Shown: piece after piece, positions 1-10,200 of the stretch
Layout: each line of letters opens with the position of its first letter
Numbering within the stretch: position 1 is the first letter of the stretch
Assembly (NCBI GenBank): GCA_963813075.1
Contig: CAWEXU010000018.1
Location: forward strand, 1 to 35,509
DNA: 35,509 nucleotides
Direction of reading: 5' to 3'
From: Methanotrichaceae archaeon
GTDB taxonomy: Archaea > Halobacteriota > Methanosarcinia > Methanotrichales > Methanotrichaceae
Notes under the pieces: model-generated
Told to the model about the DNA's origin: nothing
Databases searched by the model: none
Seen by the model: only the letters and a program-made list of their open reading frames with translations
Position numbers and translations under genes: made by a program

Positions 1-11
1 CTAGTGTCGCG

Positions 12-712
12 TCAACTCTTTAAAGTCGGATAAAGACGAGAAAGCTTAACTCTGGCATCGGCAGTGGTGAATTGCCAATTCACCTTTGAATTTTTGTTAT
101 TTCTGGTATCTTGCCATGCCACGGCTTCTTTCCTAACAGTTTCAATATCGTCGATTCTTCTTTTCAGGCATTGGCCCCAAAGCACATTTAACTCTATTTC
201 AGCTATGTTCAGCCAGCTGCCATGCTTTGGAGTGTGCACGAACTCGAACCTATCCCATAGCGCCTTTGCTTTTTCTGGAGGGAACTTCTCATAGAATGAT
301 CCTGCGTTATGGGTGTTGAGGTTGTCCATAACTAATGTTATCTTTTCTGCTTGTTCATATTGAACAGCTATATCTTCTATAAAGCCAGCCCAGTCTGACG
401 CAGTCCTTCTATCAGTGATCTTTATCATGCGCTTTCCTGCCAATGGTTCGCATGCAAGAAAGATATTGGACACCCCACAGCGTTTGTATTCATAATCATA
501 TTTGGCAGACCGTCCGGGAGAGGCAGGGATTAGTTTTCTTGTCTCAGATATTAATTGCTTTGGAGACTCATCCATGCATATAATTGGATGAAGTGGATCA
601 AAGGGTCGCTTGTATACATCTAACACCATTTCCATATTCGCGACAAAGCTACCGTTTTGCTCTGGTGGAATCACCCATCCCTTTTGTTGCCAAGGCTTGA
701 TCTCGTTTTTTT
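12..712 (-). CDS. IS630 transposase OrfB (DDE catalytic domain), joined to OrfA by a -1 frameshift
   Basis: 'CMDE', 'YDYEYKRCG', 'VMDNLNTH' and 'TPKHGSWLNIAEIE' are DDE motifs. The frame opens at the A7 slippery run (minus strand TTAAAAAAAC, ~705-714) and reads NEIKPWQQKGWVIPP. Confidence 0.93.
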
Positions 713-1143
713 AAAATTCGCCTCACAGTCTCATGAGAAATGCTGTCAATGTAATTGAGTTCGACCACCTTATCAGCTAATAGTCTTAAAGACCATCGGG
801 CGAAACCTTCCGGCGGTTCGCTGCAGCTTAATGCAATCAAATGGGCTTCAAAATCCCCATCAGCTTTCTTGGCATAGATGCGGTTTTCTGTCCTTTTATT
901 GAGTGCAGCATCGAGACCGCCTTCGACAAATCGCTTTTTCACGCGATCAATTTTTCTCATGCTAATGTTAAGCACACGAGAGATATCTTCATTGATAGAG
1001 TGTTTTGTTTGGTACTCTCCTTTATCGCAATTCAGCAAAATCAATGCATTGAGAACCTTCTGTGATCTCTGCTTCCCTTTGGATGTAATGCCACTAAGAA
1101 TTTTTCGTTCTTCTTCGGTTAGCGTAACAATATATTTTGCCAT
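649..1143 (-). CDS. IS630 transposase OrfA (N-terminal HTH domain)
   Basis: Motifs 'YIVTLTEEER', 'ACSEPPEGFARWSLRLLA'-like and 'ISHETVRRILKK' are typical of IS630 N-termini. Confidence 0.93.
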   Translation of the reverse strand: MAKYIVTLTEEERKILSGITSKGKQRSQKVLNALILLNCDKGEYQTKHSINEDISRVLNISMRKIDRVKKRFVEGGLDAALNKRTENRIYAKKADGDFEAHLIALSCSEPPEGFARWSLRLLADKVVELNYIDSISHETVRRILKKRDQALATKGMGDSTRAKR

Positions 1144-1220
1144 ATCCGATCCTCCAACTCAAAGATAGGATATGAACTAATACATCTTATAGTTTACGAC
1201 TTTTAATTAATGACGCGACA

Positions 1221-1952
1221 CTAGGTTTGTTGATATATTTTAACTTCCCTATTGATTCCTTCAGCATTGTCGCAATTGACTGACACAATAACAACTGGCT
1301 CTAAGTTTTCGTGTATAGACATTCTGATCCAAAATGTGAGATTGTCTTTATCATTCCAATAAGGGAGATTGCTATTGGAAAGCACAAGCGTGTCTTGGAA
1401 ATGAAATTGACGATACCCTCCGGGAAAATTATGGATATTCGAATTAAAAGCCTGTCGTCCTGGATTAGCCACATCTGGGTGTGAATTCGACATAGGAAGT
1501 CTAAAAGTTAAATTCGGGTTCTTCCACGTGAAGCCGGATGTATTTGTAACCTTGAAATTGACTTTATAAGACTTAAAGGGATCTGGGAATTCTTCGTAAT
1601 ATTTTTTTAGATTATCTGATAGTTTGTCCTTGCTGTATTCTTCACTCCCTTCTTTGTCGATAGAAGTTTCGAGTTCAAATTTAACTGATAATTTTGCAGG
1701 ATCAGCTCCTGCTAATGCAATAACTGCCGCAAATAGGGCTGTAAAAACACTCATGCTTTGTATGGCATTTCCCACGCGACTATTATCATCTATTTGAGTG
1801 CTTAAGACAACGTATTCAAACATTACGGCACAAACGATTAACATAATCAAGATTGCAATATATCTGTTCTTCATCATATGGAGATTAATAACTAGATCAT
1901 TTCTATTTATAATGTACCGTAAGCCGAATAGCATTTTGAACGAATGCAACAT
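1221..1952 (-). CDS. Hypothetical membrane-anchored protein (two N-terminal hydrophobic segments plus a beta-rich soluble domain); AT-rich element cargo
   Basis: 243-aa ORF with hydrophobic stretches YIAILIMLIVCAVMF and SVFTALFAAVIALAG. The true start may be the internal MMKNRY. The stop codon coincides with the IS target CTAG. Confidence 0.65.
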   Translation of the reverse strand: MLHSFKMLFGLRYIINRNDLVINLHMMKNRYIAILIMLIVCAVMFEYVVLSTQIDDNSRVGNAIQSMSVFTALFAAVIALAGADPAKLSVKFELETSIDKEGSEEYSKDKLSDNLKKYYEEFPDPFKSYKVNFKVTNTSGFTWKNPNLTFRLPMSNSHPDVANPGRQAFNSNIHNFPGGYRQFHFQDTLVLSNSNLPYWNDKDNLTFWIRMSIHENLEPVVIVSVNCDNAEGINREVKIYQQT

Positions 1953-2009
1953 CCGTGGTTAGAATTCTAAAAGTTTCTGTGATATTCTTTCATCTCTACA
2001 AAAAAATGG

Positions 2010-2064
2010 CATAGAACCGAATTACACCCGAATATCCTCCGGGGAGATTCGAATTTCGGCTATG
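2010..2064. terminator. Imperfect hairpin just downstream of the integrase gene
   Basis: CATAG..CCGAA...CGAATATCC pairs with GGAGATTCG..TTCGG.CTATG, 10 bp past the integrase stop. Confidence 0.35.
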
Positions 2065-2073
2065 TATAGCGAT

Positions 2074-2947
2074 TTAGAGAGTCAAGCACTCATTATACTT
2101 CTTTCTCTTCGTGGTGTCACTCACATGCGCATACCGTAGGGTGGTGCGGATGTCGCGATGCCGCAAAAGCTCTTGCACGGTTCGAAGGTCGCAGCCATTG
2201 GCGATCATTATCGTAGCCGCCGTATGCCTACTAAAGACATGCACGCCGCCATGCTTCTCAATACCTGCTTTGCCCTTATAATCAATGAACATTCTGTATA
2301 CCTCACTCCTATCCCATCGTCGCCCGTAGTCGGTATAGAATAGCGGGTATTTGCCATCAATTTCCAACGCAGGCCGGATCGATCGGTATCGCTTCAACGT
2401 GGTGGCGCAATTATCTGTGATATACACGATTCCATCTCTGCCACCTTTACCTTCACGTACTCGGATTGTCAGGTCGTCAAGGTCTAAATCGCCGTCATCG
2501 AGGTTACATAATTCAGTCACCCGGAAGCATCCAAAGAACAGGGTCTTTAGCATCGCCAGATGCTTAATATTATGTACAACCGAAAAGATTTTTAACACAT
2601 CGTCTTGGTCAAAGTAGTAAGGCAAAATGTTATTTCGTTGTGCAAATGGTAGGGAAACGTCCTCGCCGTGCATCTTGGTAACACTTTATTGAAAAAGTAT
2701 AGTTGTTTAGTGTGCTTCTCGCAAGGTTCTTGTCAATAAGTGTTTTTCGGAACTTGATTGCATCCTCGAATGAAGGTCTATCTGTCTTAGCGAATTTGAG
2801 ATAGATTCCAACGCAAGCCAAGGAGCCGTCTATGGTACTTCGGCGGAAACCCCGATCCTTTAAGTGGTCTTCAAAATGCTTTATCGCTGAGTCGAGATCG
2901 GCCTCTGTGTAGGTCCAATCCACTGTTACTAGCCGCTTCTTAGCCAT
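2074..2947 (-). CDS. Tyrosine recombinase/integrase (XerC/D-like), split by one frameshift near 2677
   Basis: The C-terminal ORF carries R (FRVTEL), K (GKGG), HVFSRH, LLRH and Y (TLRYAH). The upstream ORF (ATG 2947, MAKKRL) looks like a SAM-like core-binding domain (FEDHLKDRGFRRSTI...LARSTLNNY). Confidence 0.9.
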
Positions 2948-3019
2948 GACATCATTTCCCGAAGCGGTTTTTACAACCCTGTAATATTCGGTCAATTTGT
3001 GGCCGGAAATCGATACCAG

Positions 3020-3094
3020 AGGCGCTATGAGTCTAGCCTTGGCGCTCTTAGGACTGGGGGTCCTGTGACCGGCTTTCAAATCGCCGTGGCCCTA
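3020..3094 (+). pseudogene. Degenerate tRNA-Pro(GGG)-like sequence, probable att site of the integrated element
   Basis: Anticodon arm TAGGA-CTGGGGG-TCCTG (3049-3065). T arm CGGCT-TTCAAAT-CGCCG has a broken G53-C61 pair. The 3' acceptor strand TGGCCCT-A pairs imperfectly with AGG(C)GCTA. Lies directly upstream of the integrase. Confidence 0.7.
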
Positions 3095-3213
3095 TGAAGT
3101 CATTTTCTGATGCTTATTTTCCAAAACTGTTGCCTCCACTTTAATATTTTTCCAGGTAAAGCCGAAGAAAAGATATCAGATGTGATCGGTTGAGGATAAG
3201 AGGTGACAGTTCT

Positions 3214-3792
3214 ATGGAGAAGAAGATTGTCTATTTTGATGAGGGTGGGCCGGAAAATACCCTGGAGACATTCCGGCTGGTGCGGGAGTGGTCAAGCAGC
3301 CTGGACATCAAGAAGATAGTTCTGGCTTCCACCACCGGAGCCACTGCGGCTAAAGCGAGTGACTTTTTCCGCCAGGATGGGATCAAGCTGATCGTAGTGC
3401 CTCATCAGTGGGATTTTCACCGGGAGCGTAACGCCTTTCCTGAGCCGTTGACCAGAGAGCTGCAAAGAGAGGGGCATGTGGTTCATTTTGGCACCATGCT
3501 CTTTCATACCGACGGCCTCTACGGCTCAAACAGCGCTACCACCATGGCGAATCTCCTGCGTTGCTTCTGCCAGGGGGTAAAGGTCTGCTTCGAGATAGTG
3601 CTCATGGCCACAGATGCCGGCCTCCTGGCCTCGGGCGAGAAGGTAATAGCAATAGCAGGGACCGCCTCCGGATCGGATACCGCTCTGGTGATGCAGGCCG
3701 CCTCCAGCCAGCATCTGAAGAGGCTGAGGGTCAATGAGATCATCTGCAAGCCTCTCAATCCCCTGAATATCGATGAGCTGAAAAGAGGCTGA
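3214..3792 (+). CDS. Pyruvate kinase C-terminal-like domain protein (COG1751/MTH1675 family)
   Basis: Motifs 'IVYFDEGGPENT', 'IVLASTTGATA', 'QGVKVCFEIVLMATDAG' and 'GSDTALV'. RBS GAGGTGA at 3200-3206. The 3' end may be frameshifted in the AAAA run at ~3781. Confidence 0.85.
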   Translation: MEKKIVYFDEGGPENTLETFRLVREWSSSLDIKKIVLASTTGATAAKASDFFRQDGIKLIVVPHQWDFHRERNAFPEPLTRELQREGHVVHFGTMLFHTDGLYGSNSATTMANLLRCFCQGVKVCFEIVLMATDAGLLASGEKVIAIAGTASGSDTALVMQAASSQHLKRLRVNEIICKPLNPLNIDELKRG

Positions 3793-3859
3793 GAAGAAGA
3801 AGCTGGGGGATGAGATTGAGGGGGACTCTTCGCTGTATCGAGTGGGTAGCAGGATAATT

Positions 3860-4078
3860 AACCCTGGTGGTTTACGGAATACGAAATAAAACCGCAGAGG
3901 CGCAGAGCGCACGGAGGACGAACGACACAGAGAGAATATTTGCTCAAGTGCTATTTTTAATAAGGTAAATTTCCACGTCTCTGCGAACTCTGCGTCTCTG
4001 CGGTTAATATTCGTAGCTGAATATTCAAACCCATGGTAGTTACGGAATAAAACCTCAGAGTCACAGAGCGCACAGAGG
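3860..4078. repeat. REP/REPIN-like cluster: inverted pair plus a third direct copy of an (N)CGCAGAG-periodic motif
   Basis: 3880-3916 TACGAAATAAAACCGCAGAGGCGCAGAGCGCACGGAG matches the reverse complement of ~3979-4015, TACGAATATTAACCGCAGAGACGCAGAGTTCGCAGAG. 4028-4078 repeats 3860-3917 in direct orientation. Confidence 0.8.
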
Positions 4079-4222
4079 ATCATGAAAAAATGTCGAATTC
4101 CTGTGACTTTTGCACGAACCCACACCAAATAGCGAGGAGCCTTGAGGGGGGGAAAAAAGGGACGAGAGGTGTCGAAAAAGGATCGAATCTCAGCCCATAT
4201 TCTGGCTCGTCCCATCGACTCC

Positions 4223-7200
4223 TCAGCTCGAATTGCAGCATGGTGACTGCGGGGTTGAGCATGGATCCACCTTTGTTGAATCCTCCACCACCCTCAAGAC
4301 TGACATCCCCGATTTCTTCGAGCCGCAGCTATTTTTTACCGTCAATCTGTAGCCGCCGGAATCAGATGGGCTCGCATTAAGGAGTATCAATGAAGGAGAT
4401 ACCTCCCCGGGAATGATCTCGCCATTCTTCTCCCACTGATAGGAATCGGCCCCAACAGCGGTCCCCTTCATTATGAGCGCCACCGTCTCACCGGCATTGG
4501 CAATCAGGCAATCGGGCTCGATGTCCACATTCCCAGGCGGCCTTTCCACGATCAGGCTCACAGCATTGGAATTGACAAATCCGCAGCAGTTGGATATCGC
4601 CACTGCGTATTCGCCCATATCCTCCAGGCTGGCGTCGGATATGGTCAGCTCTTCTGAGTTGGCTCCACGAATGGTCCTGCCCCCTTTTATCCATTGATAG
4701 GTCAGAGGCAGGCTGCTGTTTGCCGACACTTTGAAAGTCGCCGTCGATCCTTCGCATACCTTCAAGTCTTCAGGCTGGACCAAAATCTCAGGCATTGCGA
4801 TTATATCCAGATTTGCAGCCTCTGATTCGGTCTGGCCGCAGCTGTTTCTCGCATTTACAGAGTAGCTTCCCACGTTGCTGATTGTGGCCTCCTGAATGGA
4901 ATAGGTCTCAAGTGTGGCTCCCGGAATCTCCACTCCGTCCTTGAACCACTGGTAGCTCAGAAGCTCGACGCTCTCTGCCTGAACACTGAATGTCACCTCT
5001 GCCCCCTGGCATATGACCTGGCTGGCCGGCTGGAGGGTGATCTTCGGCACCACAATAGTCTCCAGATACGCTGGCTCCAATTCGATCAGATTGCACTCGT
5101 CTCTTATCTGCACCGAGTAGCTGGCCGTATCGCTGAGGTTTGAGGCAGGGATGGAGTAGCTCTCAGCCGTTGCTCCCTGGATCGCATTTCCGTCTTTCAG
5201 CCACTGATACTGGAGCGGCTCGCTGCTGCTTGCCTGCACACTGAACGTCGATGCTTCTCCCTGGCACACCTTCTCGCTCCTGAGGGGCACTATGATCTCC
5301 GGCACCGAGGCGATCTCCAGATAAGCGGCATTTGATTCGACCGGTCCGCAGCTATTTCTCACCTGCACCGAGTAATTGCCCGTATCGAAATTGCCGGTCA
5401 CAGGAATGGTATAAACATCCGTCGTGGCTTCATAGATCTCTATTCCGTCTTTGAACCACTGATAGCTCACCGGCTCCGTGCTCTCCGCCTGGACTGTGAA
5501 TGTCGCCGCCGCCCCCGGGCATACCTTCTGGCTTGCCGGCGGCAGAAGAATCCTGGGCAATTCGATTATCTCCAGATCTGCCGGCTCAGAAATGACCTGG
5601 CTGCAGTTGTTTGCTGCCTGCACCCAGTAGCTTCCGCTATCGTTCAGACTGGTCAGGGCAATTGTGTAGACATCCTGGGTGGCTCCGGGAATCTCGGTTC
5701 CATCCTTGAACCACTGATAGCTCACCGGCTTTGTGCTCTCCGCCTGGACGGTGAATGTCACTGCTGTTCCCTGGCATATCTTCTGGCTTTTCGGCGAGAC
5801 GAGAATCTCCGGCATGGCCATGATATCCAGGACAGCTACCTCGGATTCGATCTGGCTGCAGCTATTTTTCACAGCCACCCAGTAGCTCCCCCTGTCGCTT
5901 GAGCTGGCTTTTGGAATCGAATAAGCATCCGATGTTGCTCCTTCTACTCTCGCACCGTCCTTGTACCATTGATATTCCAGCGGCTCGTTGCTGCTAGCCT
6001 TTACGCTGAATGATGCTGCACTTCCAACGCAAATCTCCTGGCTTTTTGGCGGCACGAGAAGATCGGGTGATGAAATTACATCCAAATTTGCTTCTTCTGA
6101 TTCGATCTGGCTGCAGTTATTTGCCACCAGCACCGAGTAGCTCCCCACATCGCTGAGGTTAGCGGCAGGGATAGTGTAGGTATCAGAGGTAGCACCGGGG
6201 ATCATCACTGTATCTTTGAGCCACTGATAGCTCATCGGCTCGCTGCTTTCTGCCTGAACAGAGAATGTCACTGCCGTGCCCTGGCATGTCTTCTGGCTGG
6301 TCGGCTGCAGAAGGATCTGGGGCAGGGCAATAACATCCAGAACAGCAGCCTCAGATTCAATCTGGCTGCAATTATCTGCTACCTGCACCGAATAGCTTCC
6401 CATATCGCTGAGGTTTGCAGCAGGGATGGTATATGATTCTGAGGTAGCACCTGGAATCACTGTTCCATCTTTGAACCACTGATAGCTCAACGGCTCAGTG
6501 CTTTCTGCCTGAACAGCGAATGTTGCTGCCGCATCCTGACATACCCTCAGGCTGGCCGGCGGGATCTGGATCTCAGGCCTGGCAATTATATCCAGACGGG
6601 CAGCTTCTGATTCGATCTGGCTGCAGTTATTTGCCGCCAGGACGGAATAGCTCCCCATATAAGCAATATCAGCTGAATCGATGGTGTAACTATCGGATGT
6701 AGCCCCCGAAATCTCGATTCCGTCCTTGAGCCATTGATAGCTCAGAGGCTCATTGCTCTCTGCCTGAACCGAGAATGTTGCTGTTGCACCCGGGCATATC
6801 TTCAGTTTTGCCGGTTGAGCCCGGATCTGGGGCATGGCGATGATATCAAGATTTGCTGCCTCCGACTCGATCTGGCTGCAGTTATCGCTTACCTGCACCC
6901 AGTAGCTTCCCAGATCGCTGAGGTTAGCGGCAGGGATGGTGTATGATTCAGACGTAGCGCCTGGAATCATCACCGCCTCTTTGAACCACTGATAGCTCAA
7001 AGGCTCAGTGCTTTCCGCCTGAACAGTAAACATTGCCATTGTTCCCTGGCATATTCTCAGGCTGGCCGGTTGAGCCCGGATCTGGGGCACCACGTTGATA
7101 TCAAGATTTGCTGCATCCGATTCGATTTGGCTGCAGTTATCTGCTACTTGCACCCAGTAGCTTCCCAGATCGCTGAGGTTAGTTGCAGGGATGGTGTAGG

Positions 7201-10200
7201 ATTGGGATGTAGCACCTGGGATCATTGTCTCATCTTTGAACCACTGATAGCTCACGGGCTCAGTGCTCTCAGCCTGAACCGAAAATGTTGCTGCCGTTCC
7301 CTGGCATCCTCTCAGGCTGGCCGGTTGGGCCCGGATCCGGGGCATGGCGATGATATCAAGATTTGCTGCATCCGATTCGATCTGGCTGCAGTTATCTGCT
7401 ACTTGCACCCAGTAGCTTCCCAGGTCGCTGAGGTTAGCGGCAGGGATGGTGTAGGATTGGGATGTAGCACCTGGGATCATTGTTCCCTCTTTGAACCACT
7501 GATAGCTCACGGGCTCAGTGCTCTCTAGCCTGAACAGAAAATGTTGCTGCCGTTCCCTGGCATACCCTCAGGCTAGCCGGTTGGACCTGGATTTTGGGCA
7601 TGGCGATGATATCAAGATTTGCTGCATCCGACTCGATCTGGCTGCAGTTATCGCTTACCTGCACCCAGTAGCTTCCCAGATCGCTGAGGTTAGCGGCAGG
7701 GATGGTGTAGGATTCGGAGGTAGCGCCTGGAATCATCACTCCATCTTTGAACCACTGATATCTCAAGGGCTCAGTGCTTTCTGCCTCTACAGAGAACGTT
7801 GCCGCCGTCCCCTGGCATACCCTCAGGCCAACCGGTTGAACCTGGATCTGGGGCACGGCGATGATATCAAGATTTGCTGCATCCGACTCGATCTGGCTGC
7901 AGTTATTTGCCAGTTGCACCGTGTAGCTTCCCGTATCGTTGCCGCTTGCCTCTGGAATCGAATACACCTCGGATGTTGCACCTTCTATCCTGATTCCGTC
8001 CTTGAACCATTGATAGCTCAATGGCTCAGTGCTCTCTGCCTGAAGGGAGAATGTTGCAAGAGCTCCCTCACACACCCTCTGGCTTTTCGGCGGGATCCGG
8101 ATCTCCGGCCCGGCTGCGATCTTCAGATAGGAGGCAATTGATTCTATCTGGCCGCAGTCGTTCTTGACGATCAGGCTGTAGCTGCCGGAATCATTGCTGG
8201 TCGCATTCTTGATGACATAAGAGCCAAGGCTCGCACCAGGAACCTCTAATCCGTCTTTCATCCACTGGAAGGCGAATGGGATCACTGCCGGTCACAATAG
8301 CTGTAAGCGATATATCCGATCCCTCACATGCCAGCTGGCCGGCAGGCAAAATCAGGTCAACAACCACGGGCATTGACCTGACACTCAAATCAGCCTGATC
8401 GGATTGAACAAAGCCACATAGATCGCTGCTTATGATGACGCTGTAATTGCCCTGGTTCGTGCTATTGGCCGCGGATATGCTTAAAACGGCAGCATTGGCT
8501 GCGGTTATGTTCAGGCCATCCTTCTGCCATTGATAGGTGTATGACTCATTGCCGGCAACCTGGACCTCAAAGGAGACCGGCGAGCCGGTGCAGACGATCT
8601 GGCTTTTTGGCTGCAGCAGAATTTTCGGCCTGGACCTTACAGCTATGTGAACCGCTCCGGATTCTGCCGCACCGCAGATATTGCTCACGGTCAAGACTGT
8701 AATCTCCTTCATCAGCCGGAAGGATACTGGAGATCAGATAGCGGTTCGTATTGGCCCCCGGGATAATCTTTTCCGTTCTTCTTCCATTGGTAGGCCAGAG
8801 GCCCGGTTCCAGATGCGGTAGCATTCAGTACCACTTCCGATCCAACGCATTCGACCTTATCAAGCAGCCCGAGCTCTACGGTCGGTTTTGTGTTGATGAC
8901 TAAGAACTGCCGGGCTCGATTCAACAGAACCGCACGGATTGCTCACCCTCACCTGGTAGCTGCCGGCATCGGCTAATTTTGCGGCTGGAATCAGGTATGT
9001 ATCTGTTGAGGCGCCAGCGATTTGGGACCCATTCTTTAACCACTGGTACAATATCGGGCCGTTTCCGGTGGCGCTCACATTGAATCTTGCTTCCTGGCCC
9101 TCGCAGGCGGCATAGTCAGCAGGCTGGATCTCTATTATCGGATGAGCTGATCTGACACCGACCAGCCAGCCATCATAATAGGTCGCTGCCTCTCCCGGCT
9201 GGCCGTCATCGCAGCATCCTTTAGTTCTTCGGGGCGGCGGAGCGATATAGGGCTTGGTCTTTCCCGCAAAGACAGAGCCTCCCTCATCCGTTTGAATGAC
9301 TGAATATCCCTTATCATCCAGTTTGCTGCCAAATGTCTGATCCCATTTTTTTTCGCCGTTCTGATCGGCCATGATCAGCCAGGCATCATAGCCCCCTGAG
9401 CCAAAGGAGCTCGTCGAGCCTATGAGGATGTGCTCTCCTTCTCTGGTCTCGACCAGGGAGCCCCCTTCATCATTGTATGGGCCGCCATATACTTTGTCTG
9501 TTATTTTATCTCCATTGGCATCGGTCTTGATAAACCAGATATCATACCCGCCAGAGCCAAAGGAGTTGGTGGAGCCGAGCATGGCAAAGCCGCCATCATC
9601 AGTCTGCTGGACCGACCAACCTCTGCTCCAGGGATTCCGCTCGCTTCCAGGCCCTCCGAATGTCTTTTTCCATAGTTCATTTCCATTCGAATCGATCTTG
9701 ATCAGCAGGGCATCGGTATCGCCATTTCCTGAGGAGCCGGTTGTGCCGGCAACGATGAATCCTCCCTCACTGATCTCCTGGATCGAATCTCCCATATCAT
9801 CTCCGGATCCGCCATAGGTCTTATCCCAGACTTTGCCTCCGAACCGGTCGATCCGGAGCAACCAGAGGTCATACATTCCTAGGCCCGTGGACTTTGTGCT
9901 GCCTGCGATGATGAATCCGCCGTCATTAGTCTCTTTTATGCTGCTTGCTTCATCATCCAGTGCTCCTCCGAAGGTTTTGTCCCAGGTCTTCTCTCCGGAC
10001 TGATCTACCTTCATCAGCCAGACATCATACATTCCGCTGCCATAGGATCTGGTTCTTCCGGCTACAATATAGCCATCGTCCCCGGTCACTTCTACCGAAT
10101 ATCCCTCATCCTCTTTGGCTCCGCCGTAATTTTTTTGCCAGAGAATATTTCCGCTTTTATCGGTTTTGACCAAAAACAAATCATAATTGTTCTCGCCATA

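Larger units (their letters stand above)
4..1221 (-). mobile_element. IS630-family insertion sequence, complete, with terminal inverted repeats and TA target duplication
   Basis: Left end CTA|GTGTCGCGTCAactctttAAAGTCG (1-28). The right end read on the minus strand is CTA|GTGTCGCGTCAttaattaAAAGTCG (1224 downward). TA is duplicated at 2-3 and 1222-1223 within CTAG. Encloses two overlapping transposase ORFs. Confidence 0.95.

Noticed and set aside
3860..4078. CRISPR array
   Set aside because: Only three degenerate copies in mixed orientation, with no regular spacers and no cas genes.
3526..4215. 229-aa minus-strand ORF and other long antisense ORFs (e.g. 15636-16304, 16553-17329, 17845-18591, 32174-32788)
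   Set aside because: Shadow frames of GC-rich genes or of the repeat region, with no recognisable motifs.
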